Shown: one piece after another, positions 1 to 9,400 of the stretch
Layout of the letters: each line of letters opens with the position of its first letter
Position numbering within the stretch: position 1 is the stretch's first letter
Assembly: GCA_943704425.1 (NCBI GenBank)
Contig: CALSCP010000257.1
Span: 13,403-77,402 of the forward strand
Source of the DNA: Ministeria vibrans ATCC 50519
Taxonomy: Eukaryota; Protista; Filasterea
DNA length: 64,000 bases
Reading direction: 5' to 3'
Position numbers and translations under genes: made by a program
The notes under the pieces: generated by a model
What the model was told of the DNA's origin: nothing
The model's input: only the letters and a program-made list of their open reading frames with translations
Databases searched by the model: none

Positions 1-2094
1 CTCAATAGCTCTCTTGCAATACTGTCCGTCTTGCGCAATCTCGCACACAACTCACCAGCATACCTTGTCGAATGCAATGCCTTCCACACACTCTACGCAG
101 CTGTCATGGCTCTGCCTTCACAAGACGCCTCCTCTGTACAACTTCTCACAGCCCTCTCATCACTTCTCCAGCGCAACACAACCTCCTCATTGCCCTCCCC
201 CATTCCCACGGGCCCTTCTTTTATCTGGCGTGCCCCTGTCGTATCCGCCTCCCTTCACGGTGCCACTAGTGAGTCTATCAGTGTTTCCACCTCCGACAAC
301 ACGCGCACGTCCACTCTCTTTCTCGAGCTGCTTCATGACACTCTCCCTGCCTCGACGCCCTACACTCCTGCAATCATCCGCTTTGCCCGTCCCAACATTG
401 CTCCTGCCAGCCCTGCCTTGCTCACCCACCACCATCCGTGCCACCTCGAGCCTGAGCCGCTCTACGTGCGCCCACCCTCCCTCCAACGCACCCTTGCTTT
501 TGCCAACATCGAACGTCACCTCTGTCAGGACAAGGTGCTCAATCACAAGGTCTACGACGCCAACGGTGCACCGCCATCTGCACTCATTCCCACTCGTGAC
601 CTCTCAGCGCCCCTCCAATTCAACGCCCATTTTGACAGTGGCAATCTCTGGCAGGCTGTGCGTGTCTACGAGCACGAATACGACCTTGTGCTCTCACCCG
701 ACATCAACACAGAAGGGCACACCCAATGGTTCTACTTTGAAGCGCGTGGCATGCAGTCCAACCAGTGCTACCGCTTTAACATTGTCAATCTGCTTAAGCC
801 TGGTAGTGAGTTCAATCGTGGCATGCAGCCGTGTGTGTGGACAAAAGCACGTGGTTGGCATCGCGCCGGCTCCGACATTTTCTACTACCGCAACTCGTAC
901 GCTCGTCAGACCACCACTGGCAGCACTAATGTGACGAGTGGAAGTGCGAGTGGGACAGCAGCAACCCACTTTACTGCGACCTTCACTCTGACGTTTGACG
1001 CGACAGAGCTCGCTCATCAAGACAGTCCTGTTCTCGTGGCGTACCATTATCCTTACGAGGCCCTCTTTCTTGAGCAGCGTCTTGCGCACCTGCTTGCACA
1101 CCCGCAGGCACACGCTCGAGTTCGCCGACAGACGCTGTGCCAATCGCTCGCAGGCAATCCGGTGCATCTTCTTACCATCACCGCATTCGACGACACGGAC
1201 AGTGGCAGTCCCACTAGTAGTGTGAGTCGTCGTCTCATTTGCATTTCGGCGCGTGTGCATCCGGGCGAGTCCAACTCCAGCTGGATGATCGACGGACTGC
1301 TGGAGTTTCTTATTACGAGTGACGATGCGCTTGCCGAGTCGCTGCGACGCACATTTGTCTTCAAGATTGTCCCAATGCTCAACGTCGATGGCGTTGCCAA
1401 TGGCAACCATCGCACGTCCTTGTCGGGCGAAGATCTCAACCGCCAGTGGCTGTCGCCTTCGTCGCTCATGCATCCACCCATCCATCATTGGCGGGCTCTC
1501 CTGGAAGCAGCCATATCTCACCAGCGGCCTCCGTTGCTCTTCTGCGACCTCCATGGCCACTCGCGTCGCAAAAACGTCTTCATCTTTGCGTGTGATCCTA
1601 CGCGTTCCAACAGTAGCACTGCCTCGGGTGAAAACGTCGAGCGTCTCTTTCCGCGCATTCTCTCGTCGATTGCGCCAGCGTTTAGTTTGAGTGACTGTGC
1701 GTTTACGGTTGAGCGCAGCAAAGAAACGACGGCACGTGTGGTGTGCTGGCGCCACTTGGGCATTCCTTGCTCGTTTACCCTCGAGAGCAGCTATTGCGGC
1801 GCCAGCCAAGGTCCGCTGAACGGTCTCCATTTTAATGTGGAGACGTTGCGTGCAATGGGCCGCGACTTCCTCCGGGCACTACCGCTCTTTGCGCAAGAGG
1901 TGGCGGCTCGTGACGATGGTTGGAGGCGACGCAACGGCATGCTTGTGGACACGGTGCGTCGATCGGTGTCACTTGGTGAGTGTGCAATGATGGATGCAGC
2001 AGTACAAGGGGACAAGGGAGATCTGAGTGACAATGAGAATGAAGAGGAAGGTGATGGTGAGGGCGAGCAAGAGGAGGATGAAGAGCCAGAGTAG
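1..2094 (+). CDS. AGTPBP1: Cytosolic carboxypeptidase (M14, CCP1/Nna1-like tubulin deglutamylase), 5' partial
   Basis: Frame is open from base 1 to TAG at 2092-2094. CCP motifs: F(D)SGNL, EYDLVLSPD..TQWFYF, ARVHPGESNSSW (zinc HxxE), FKIVPMLNVDGVANGNHR, DLNRQW, DLHGHS, FTLESS. CCP1 versus CCP4 cannot be resolved by eye. Confidence 0.9.
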   Translation, partial: LNSSLAILSVLRNLAHNSPAYLVECNAFHTLYAAVMALPSQDASSVQLLTALSSLLQRNTTSSLPSPIPTGPSFIWRAPVVSASLHGATSESISVSTSDNTRTSTLFLELLHDTLPASTPYTPAIIRFARPNIAPASPALLTHHHPCHLEPEPLYVRPPSLQRTLAFANIERHLCQDKVLNHKVYDANGAPPSALIPTRDLSAPLQFNAHFDSGNLWQAVRVYEHEYDLVLSPDINTEGHTQWFYFEARGMQSNQCYRFNIVNLLKPGSEFNRGMQPCVWTKARGWHRAGSDIFYYRNSYARQTTTGSTNVTSGSASGTAATHFTATFTLTFDATELAHQDSPVLVAYHYPYEALFLEQRLAHLLAHPQAHARVRRQTLCQSLAGNPVHLLTITAFDDTDSGSPTSSVSRRLICISARVHPGESNSSWMIDGLLEFLITSDDALAESLRRTFVFKIVPMLNVDGVANGNHRTSLSGEDLNRQWLSPSSLMHPPIHHWRALLEAAISHQRPPLLFCDLHGHSRRKNVFIFACDPTRSNSSTASGENVERLFPRILSSIAPAFSLSDCAFTVERSKETTARVVCWRHLGIPCSFTLESSYCGASQGPLNGLHFNVETLRAMGRDFLRALPLFAQEVAARDDGWRRRNGMLVDTVRRSVSLGECAMMDAAVQGDKGDLSDNENEEEGDGEGEQEEDEEPE

Positions 2095-2454
2095 TGTAAA
2101 ATGTAAAATTATTTCATTTTTTGATTTCCAGGCTCGATAGTTCCGTGGTAGTCCATGATCATAATGTCTTTTTCAAAGGTCCAGAAAGATCTTTGAAGTT
2201 TTTTTTTTGATGAGATTTGACTTATAGTGACTTTTAAGTGTTGAGGCTTAGATTGATTGATTAGAAAAGCGAATCATTCAACGTGTGATATCAAGTCAGA
2301 AGTGACTCAGAACTCAGAAGTTATGTGTATTCCGCATTTTGAAATGCATTTTGCATCTTGATTGAAAAACCTGGCGAAAAAGTGTGCATTTTTCTATTCA
2401 TGATTTTTCAACGAAGTACGAATAATTCTTATATTTTTTTGTTGATGGTGAAGG

Positions 2455-3480
2455 ATGCTGGCTGGGCAGCTTGCCTCGTACCCGTGCACTGTGTGCTACA
2501 ATGACATGTGTGGACGATACGTGACGGCGTCGCGTGATTTGGACTCGGGTGAGGTGGTGTGTCGTGCGGAAGAGTTGTTCTTCGTGCTTGACGAGAAGCA
2601 CCGCAAGCGCATTTGTGCGTGCTGCCACGGACGAATGGAAGGAGCGCCGCTGGGCTGCTCAGCGTGTCGACGAACCTACTATTGCAGTGAAGCGTGCCGT
2701 GCGCGGGATGCGCCGTGCCACGTTTGGATCTGCGCGTCGTCGCGTCGTCTTGCCAACGCCAAAGTGGATGTCAATGTGTCGGTTGCCTTGAAAATCATGC
2801 TCACGGTGGCGGGACAGCGAAGTCGACAACAAGGGGATAGACATGACGATGAAGGGGACCGTTGGCACGGCGGCGGGGACGAGCCCTTGACAGCGCCGTT
2901 GGTGAACCTCTTTGATGAGTTGGTCGGGCATGCCTTGTCGACAGACGACACGTTGGAGCTTCGTCGGCGCTTCCGCTTGATTCAGCACGACGATTGTGAT
3001 GATGGCACGCCTCTAGTGACATTTGAAGAGGGAATCCGGGCGGTGGAGCGAGCGGATGCCAACTCATTTGGCGTTTTTGTTGAGGGTCATCTGGTGGGCA
3101 AGGCGTGCTTCCCTGGCGCCTCACTTTTCAATCATTCGTGTCGCCCTAATGTTGAGGCGAGCGCGTACAGTCCTGCAATTGAGTTGCGCACAACGCGTGC
3201 CGTACGCGCTGGCGAAGAGTTGTGCATTTGTTATGTGGACGAGGCACTGCCGCGGTCAACACGACGCGCTCTGCTGCTCGAGCAGTATGCCTTTGAGTGT
3301 GTTTGTGTGCGCTGTTGCGAGGAGGAGTTCGTGCGCCCGCGCGCTTTCTACGCGGCAAGCGTGTACCGACACAGGGAAAAGGGTGCAAAGAAGAAGAAGA
3401 AGGCGAAGGCGAAGAAGGAGGAGGAGTTTGAGGAGGATGGGAATCTCGAACTGGAGGACAGAGCAATTAGCTCTCACTGA
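2455..3480 (+). CDS. SET and MYND domain protein-lysine methyltransferase (SMYD family)
   Basis: Intronless 341-aa ORF. Split SET (GRYVTASRDLDSGEVV ... SLFNHSCRPN ... GEELCICY), MYND finger (CACC..CSAC....YCSEAC....H...C), post-SET FECVCVRC, Lys/Glu-rich tail. Confidence 0.9.
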   Translation: MLAGQLASYPCTVCYNDMCGRYVTASRDLDSGEVVCRAEELFFVLDEKHRKRICACCHGRMEGAPLGCSACRRTYYCSEACRARDAPCHVWICASSRRLANAKVDVNVSVALKIMLTVAGQRSRQQGDRHDDEGDRWHGGGDEPLTAPLVNLFDELVGHALSTDDTLELRRRFRLIQHDDCDDGTPLVTFEEGIRAVERADANSFGVFVEGHLVGKACFPGASLFNHSCRPNVEASAYSPAIELRTTRAVRAGEELCICYVDEALPRSTRRALLLEQYAFECVCVRCCEEEFVRPRAFYAASVYRHREKGAKKKKKAKAKKEEEFEEDGNLELEDRAISSH

Positions 3481-3543
3481 GATTTTGCGAAAATTCTTCT
3501 GAATTTGCAGTCTGCCAGTCGTGGTGGTATGGTGGACTGTGTC

Positions 3544-3545
<2 letters not shown>

Positions 3546-3615
<70 letters not shown>
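3546..3615. repeat. (GT)n microsatellite
   Basis: Perfect TG/GT run of about 70 bp, with degenerate GT extensions to ~3680. Confidence 0.97.
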
Positions 3616-3619
<4 letters not shown>

Positions 3620-3714
3620 ATAGAGAGAGGGTGTGTATGTGTGTGTGTTTCTCGATATGTGTGTGTGTCGAATGTGTGTCCTTATGCATTTTTGTTTGGG
3701 TTTTGTTTTTGTAG

Positions 3715-5386
3715 CATATGTCGCAGTTTGAGTGTATATGTGAGGACCATTCTCCATTGCCGGAGCTAGCCATTCCCCCTAAATCACATGAGAAGGAGCG
3801 CATTGGGCATTTCATTGCAGAGAATCTAGTTCAAAACGGCGCATGTCTTCAAGTAAGAGAAACGAGAAGGAGCGAGCGAGCGAGTGTATGTGTGTGTATA
3901 TGTGTGTGTGTGAGTAACATCACATGCTAACCCGAACCCCAACCGCCTAATTCTCAAAACCACACGTCAATATTAGTCTGTATAACTGATTACGATTTGG
4001 TCTTTAGATGGGGATTGGGGCGATTCCTGATGCAGTTCTGTCACAGTTGGGGTCGCATCGTGATCTGGGGATCCACACGGAGATGATGAGTGATGGAGTG
4101 GTGGATCTAGTGCACAAGGGAGTCGTGACCAATTCAGAGAAGGAGGTTCATATTCATTATAGTTATTATTATTATATTTTTGTATTATTCTTGTGTGTGT
4201 GTGTGCGTGTTTTGATTGTGATTGCATTTTGTGTGTTTTTTCTTCTCTTTTTTGTGAGTTTGTGGGTTGTTTGTATTGTGGTAGTGGATCTTTTTTGATG
4301 TCCGAATTGGACGCTCTTTGGGTTCGGGTTAACTGTGGTCTGTGTGTTTATGTGTAGGTTCTTCCGGGAATGATTGTTGCGGGATTTTGTCTTGGAACTA
4401 AGAAACTGTATGATTTCATTGATGATAATCCAATGGTATGTAATAGTTTGAGAGAGAGAGAGAGGTACCAGAGGGAGAAAGACACAAATTGATAGAAAAA
4501 AACAAAGTGATGGAAAGTGATAGAGGGAGCTCGAGAAACGAAGGGATAAATATACAAATTGAGACTTGACAGATTGATTTTTTTTTGTTTTCTTTTTTGT
4601 TTTGGTTATGTGTGTAGGTTCGAATGTGTGACATTGGGTTTGTGAATGATATTGGAGTGATTCAGCAGAACAATCGAGTAACTGCGATCAATTCAGCGGT
4701 TGAAGTAGATTTGACGGGTCAGATTGTGAGTGACTCGATGGGCCATCGGATGTACAGCGGAGTCGGTGGACAGGTGGCCCTCATCAAAAGAACCCTAACT
4801 CTACACCTATTGCCAACTCGATCCCTAATATCTATATCATCTCCCCTCTTCACTTATAGGTTGACTTCATTCGCGGCGCTTCGCTCTCCTCCGAAGGGCG
4901 ACCCATCATTGCGCTGCCCAGCACCACCGGCGACCATTCACGCTCTCGCATCGTTGCGACCCTGACACCCGGTGGCGGTGTCGTCACCACCCGCGCCCAT
5001 GCCCACTATATCGTCACCGAGTACGGCATTGCCCAGCTTCATGGTCGCACCCTCGAGGAGCGCGCTCATGCTCTCATCAGCGTACGTCTCATCTCTCCTT
5101 CCTTTAACTGTCAAAACTCAATTAATTCGTACCCCCGAACCCTCATTTTAACTCTAACCCTAACCCTGTTGAGAAGTGTAATGTATCACTAAATCAACCC
5201 TATTCCCAATGCCAACGCCCACTCTACTCCTAATGACAACTCAATTTCTATTTTATTGACCCCATCGCTATGATTAAACCTTTCTCCGCAATCACTTAAA
5301 TGCCCGTCTTTGCGTAGATCGCTCATCCAAAGTTTCGCGAGCAACTTTCAAAAGAGCTTTTTGAGACTCGTCATTTACGAGGGTAA
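3715..5386 (+). CDS. Acetyl-CoA hydrolase / 4-hydroxybutyrate CoA-transferase family, C-terminal half only (N-terminal exons not found)
   Basis: Exons 3715-3852, 4008-4145, 4358-4435, 4618-4773, 4860-5081, 5318-5386, all joined by phase-0 GT-AG introns. Motifs GACLQMGIGAIPDAV, LGIHTEM (catalytic Glu), AINSAVEVDLTGQ, SGVGGQVDFIRGA, YIVTEYG, LISIAHP. The first exon starts at an acceptor in mid-protein (HMSQF). Confidence 0.88.
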
Positions 5387-5503
5387 CGCAACACAAAATG
5401 AATAAAAAACAAAATTTTGATTGTAATGATTGGAACGTGTTTACTTTTTTTGTAATGATTGGAAAGTTTTTACTTTTGAACGTTACAAATGAAAAACAAA
5501 CGC

Positions 5504-6325
5504 TCACTTCCAATTCGATTGAGCAGCGACTACAAGAAAGAAAGAAAAGTAAGAGAAAGTGAGAGAAGGAAACGATAACAATGAAGACTTACAGGCGAGA
5601 GTGTGAAGAGGGCTGTTAGGGAAGGGGTGAGCGTACGAGTGGGAAGAAGAAGAAAAGACAAAGGGAGTTGGGGCCCAGGTGGCGGATGGAGGGGGTGGGG
5701 GAGGGTAATAGAGGGAGTGGGGTTGGTAGTAGACGGGATGGGGTTGATAGTGGGGGAGTTGCTGCTGTGGAGGTCCTGTGGATGGGAGGGTGGTGTGGTA
5801 GTAAGACTGCGCTGCAGTGGTTGTTGTGGGCGTCGTTGTCGTCGTCGTTGTGGTCGTCGTGGTGGTGGTGGCGGCGGCGGGGGTTGCCGCTGCACCGAGG
5901 CGTTTTGCTGTAGATCGAGGAGGAGGAGATGTCTTGTGTCGTTTGAAAGAGGCGCGTGCTGATGAGATGGTGTAGTCGGTGTCGGCGTTGTCGTCGAGGT
6001 GGTCGTCGTCCACGTCGGAGTAGCATTCGTCGTACGCGGTGCTTGACGACTGGAGCGACGACGGCGGACGGCGCTTGCGACGACGCGGCAGGTCTGAAGT
6101 CGCCAAGGCAGCGTCACCGCCTTCGGTGCTACTGCTGGCGCTTGACGATGTCATGGCCATAGACGTGCTGACTGACGCACTGCTCACGTTTGCGCCTGCC
6201 CGATAGTCAAAGTCGGGAAACCGTTCCTTATGCATGCGGAACATGTCCTTGGCAGCGTCCTGATAGCGCTGGCGGTCCCCCACCGGCATTCCCGCCCAGA
6301 CGTCACCAAGTGTGCGCGAAATGAG
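5504..6325 (-). CDS. Sequence-specific HMG-box transcription factor (Sox/TCF/CIC/HBP1-type), 5' partial
   Basis: After acceptor ttag at 6326-6329 the minus strand reads LISRTLGDVWAGMPVGDRQRYQDAAKDMFRMHKERFPDFDYR, i.e. HMG helices 2-3 plus the P-x-Y-x-Y-type tail. Ser, Thr and Pro/Tyr/Gln low-complexity regions follow. Probable in-frame 63-nt intron at 5530-5592. The helix-1 exon is absent. Confidence 0.8.
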   Translation of the reverse strand, partial: LISRTLGDVWAGMPVGDRQRYQDAAKDMFRMHKERFPDFDYRAGANVSSASVSTSMAMTSSSASSSTEGGDAALATSDLPRRRKRRPPSSLQSSSTAYDECYSDVDDDHLDDNADTDYTISSARASFKRHKTSPPPRSTAKRLGAAATPAAATTTTTTTTTTTTTPTTTTAAQSYYHTTLPSTGPPQQQLPHYQPHPVYYQPHSLYYPPPPPPSATWAPTPFVFSSSSHSYAHPFPNSPLHTLACKSSLLSFPSLTFSYFSFFLVVAAQSNWK

Positions 6326-6405
6326 CTAATAAGTCAAAAAAAAAAAAAAAAAAAAAAATACTCACTCTCCTCTCTCTCTCTCTCCCTCTCTCTCTGCCCC
6401 GCTAG

Positions 6406-9400
6406 GCTGGCCGTCGAATCGGCGACTTTGCCAAATCAGACGTACGGCAATGCCTGTGGCTGCCACAGGGCGAGCCGGCGCGACGAGGGACCGGTACCAC
6501 TATGATGGGTGACGAAGACGAGCCATCGTCGGCGCAGTCGGTCGCGCATCGCGTTGACACTGTGCTCGTCACCCTCACCACCGACGACGCTCTTCTCGTG
6601 TACCGAGTTGCCGAAGACGAGTCCGGTCCGTCCGGCTGGGACATCCAAGAGCGACACTTGCCACTTCGGGAGGTGCGCAAAGCTCTCGGCATCAGCAAAG
6701 GTCCGTCATCCTCACTCATCCCCCCCTTCCCCCCCCCTTATTTTTTTGCTGATACTGTTTGCCTCTGATTTAAAATGTACAGCTGCCGAAGCGGCAACAG
6801 GGCGCGCCAACATGGCAGGTGTTGACAGCGACGGTCGACTTGTTCTCTTCCTTGGTCCGTCCACCGTGGCGCTTCTCTCCTTTGAGGGCTTCTGGAATGT
6901 CCTCCAGGCTGTCGGCTCGTATGCTCTCCCTGACGCTGACGCACTCATCAAGTCGCCTATCAGCTCCACGGCAGTTGTCCATCGCATTGCAGCAAACACT
7001 CTCTTCTCCTTGTACCCGTCAGGCATAGTCGACATCCTCGAGTGCGGCTCAGGGACCCGTCTTGGTCACGTCGACCTTCTCGCTGTTGCTCCATTCGAGA
7101 CGGAGACCACCGACAACCTTGACTCATTATCAGCATCATTGTCATCATCATCGCCCGCAGTATCATCGACTACAACATCAACAGCAGCGCCAACAAAAAC
7201 CTCATCACCCCGTGTGTTCAAGACAATGCACGTCACTCCCGATCGCCGTTTCCTCACCATTGGCGAAGGATCCTCTTCGCCCTCACGTGTCACCGTCGTT
7301 GATCTTACTCTATACTTTACGCAATTTCCCGACCATCGTCGTCGCACCGAGAACGAGTCAAATGCCAGCACTGTCGCTGCCATGCTCGCCAATGCGGCCG
7401 CCAATAGTACCCCTGGCCAAACGACCGCTTCCACCTCCTCTGCGTCCAGTGGTGCAGCTACCACAACCTTGTCCTCTGCAATCTCTTCCTCCTTCTCCTC
7501 TACACCTCTCTCCTCACCGTCCAGTCTCCCCTCCGCGCATCTCGTGTGGACCGCCAAACTCAATTTACTTGTCGATGCTTTTCCGCAGACCACTCACGTC
7601 GTCACGTCGAAAGGCCCGCCACGCGCCTGGTACGAAGTCGACAGTGCCACGGCGGACACAGGCGCAAGCGGCATGTCCCCTGCCCTTGTCTCCGTCCGCG
7701 AGCGTTCTTCACGCGCCGCCGCCGCTCAATTTGCTTTTGATCCCAGCACTTTGACGTCTCACGCGCGATTTGTCGAGCCTGACCCCTCGTCCGAACTTGG
7801 CTCTCGTGACGAAGGCGCCGCAGCTAGTACTGCTACTACTACTCTTGCTGCTACTACTACAGCTTCGATTGCCTCTGCAGCCCATACCCCCCCTCTCTCG
7901 CTTGCCTCCAATCATCAGCGCCCGACCACCGCGTCGGCGCCTATCTCTCCCTGTATGCGACACATTGTGCCCGAACTTGACGAAGGCGAAACGCTCGTGG
8001 ACGCTGTTCTCTCGCCGGGGGCCGTGCTCGTGCCCGTTCGCCGGGGGTTCCTTTGCACCCGCATCTATGTGTACAACATGACGCAGAGCCGAGGTGCGAC
8101 CTTTGACTACACCGATGGGGTCTTTGTGTGCGAACCGTCCGGCAACGATGCCACCGCCTATGTGCTCACCGATGACGACCTGGGTGCGCTCGTGCCGAGC
8201 ACGTCGCAACAAGACCTTCTGACCAACGCGATTGCTTTTGAGTCAACGTCGCTCGCCGACACTCTTTGTCGCACCAACGAGTGGGATGGGCGTCTATTGC
8301 GCATGCACGCGCTCTCGTCGGGCCTGCGCTACCGCCAGCTTGACGTCATCTGGATGGCCTTGCGTGGCGTGGGCACCCAGCAACGCCTTACTGCCTGCGA
8401 AGTGCTTGTCGATGCCATTGCAAACTACTCGTCGCAAAGCCACTACTCTGAATTTGCCGAACAACTCTTGCAAATTGGCCTGGCCTTCATGGCGGAAACC
8501 ATCCACGAGGCGTCCAGCGCGTCAGACACGCCCTCGCCGGAAGATCTTGCCCAGCTTGCGGGCATTGTTGATCGACTCGTATCTGCTCGCTCCTTCGTCA
8601 CCAATCCTAAAAGGCCGCCTGAGACCCTTCCCACTCGCCCCTCACATCCTTTCAGCTCGCCCATGGCCAGTCCACGACGATACGGCCCTACCAGCCCATC
8701 CATTGTACGCAGCGAACCAGCGCTCTCATTGTCCCTCTCCATCTCTTCGAACACCTCACCTTCTCGCACCAGCCCCGGCGTGTCTGCCTCGGCCGGGTCT
8801 CGTCGTCGCCGAACCCCTCGCCGTACCCCGCGTATGCCGTTGAGCGTCGAGAAGCGTCGTCGCGAACAAGTATCGGGCTTGGGACCGCGCAAGGACACTC
8901 CCGTCTTTAAGCGTCTTCAGCGATCCGCCATTGCCGAGTGGCGTTCCGACCGTGACGATGCCAATCAAGAAGATCTTGCCGAAAACGACGAAGAAGAGCC
9001 GCAGTCGACCCACATTGTCGCTAGTACGAACGTTGGTGGCACCGCCAGCACCACCACTTCTACCACCGTCAACGTCGACGAGGTTGACGACATGGATGAC
9101 ATTGTGCCTCTTGATCGACTCGACGCGACGTCGCCGTCTTTGTCGCCTGTTAATGGCGCTTCATCGCCCACCTTCCGTCCTTCCACCCTTCCCTCTTCCA
9201 CGTCGGTGTTTTTGCGCGAGCCTCTCAAGGGTGCACACGCACGTTGGAGTCATCATGCAGACGTAGATGTGGTGCGCGACGCGCTTCTCAACGCCTGTGT
9301 ACCTCTCGCACAGTCCTACCTGATTGCACGCGCTTCCACTCGCACCTCCAGCGAGACCGATCAGGAGACACACGTGCTTGGGGACCTGCGCGAGTTTCAG

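Noticed and set aside
694-1830. Long antisense and alternate-frame ORFs over real genes (also 51546-53525 and many within SPG11 and GCN1)
   Set aside because: Expected shadows of GC-rich coding sequence; no domain motifs.
3474-3815. VCVCVC / HTHTHT ORFs, and similar SLSLSL / ERERER ORFs elsewhere
   Set aside because: Translations of dinucleotide microsatellites in introns.
3715-5386. All CoA-transferase introns are phase 0
   Set aside because: Phase 0 is the commonest phase and other genes in the window show phases 1 and 2; the sample is too small.
6326-6365. Apparent 40-nt minus-strand intron (gtgagta..ttag) that could complete the HMG gene
   Set aside because: The sequence upstream of that donor is a GA repeat that does not encode HMG helix 1.
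6509-6782. N-terminus of the 2612-aa ORF as given in the ORF track
   Set aside because: It reads through intron 6701-6782. The real upstream exon (6406-6700) is in another frame.
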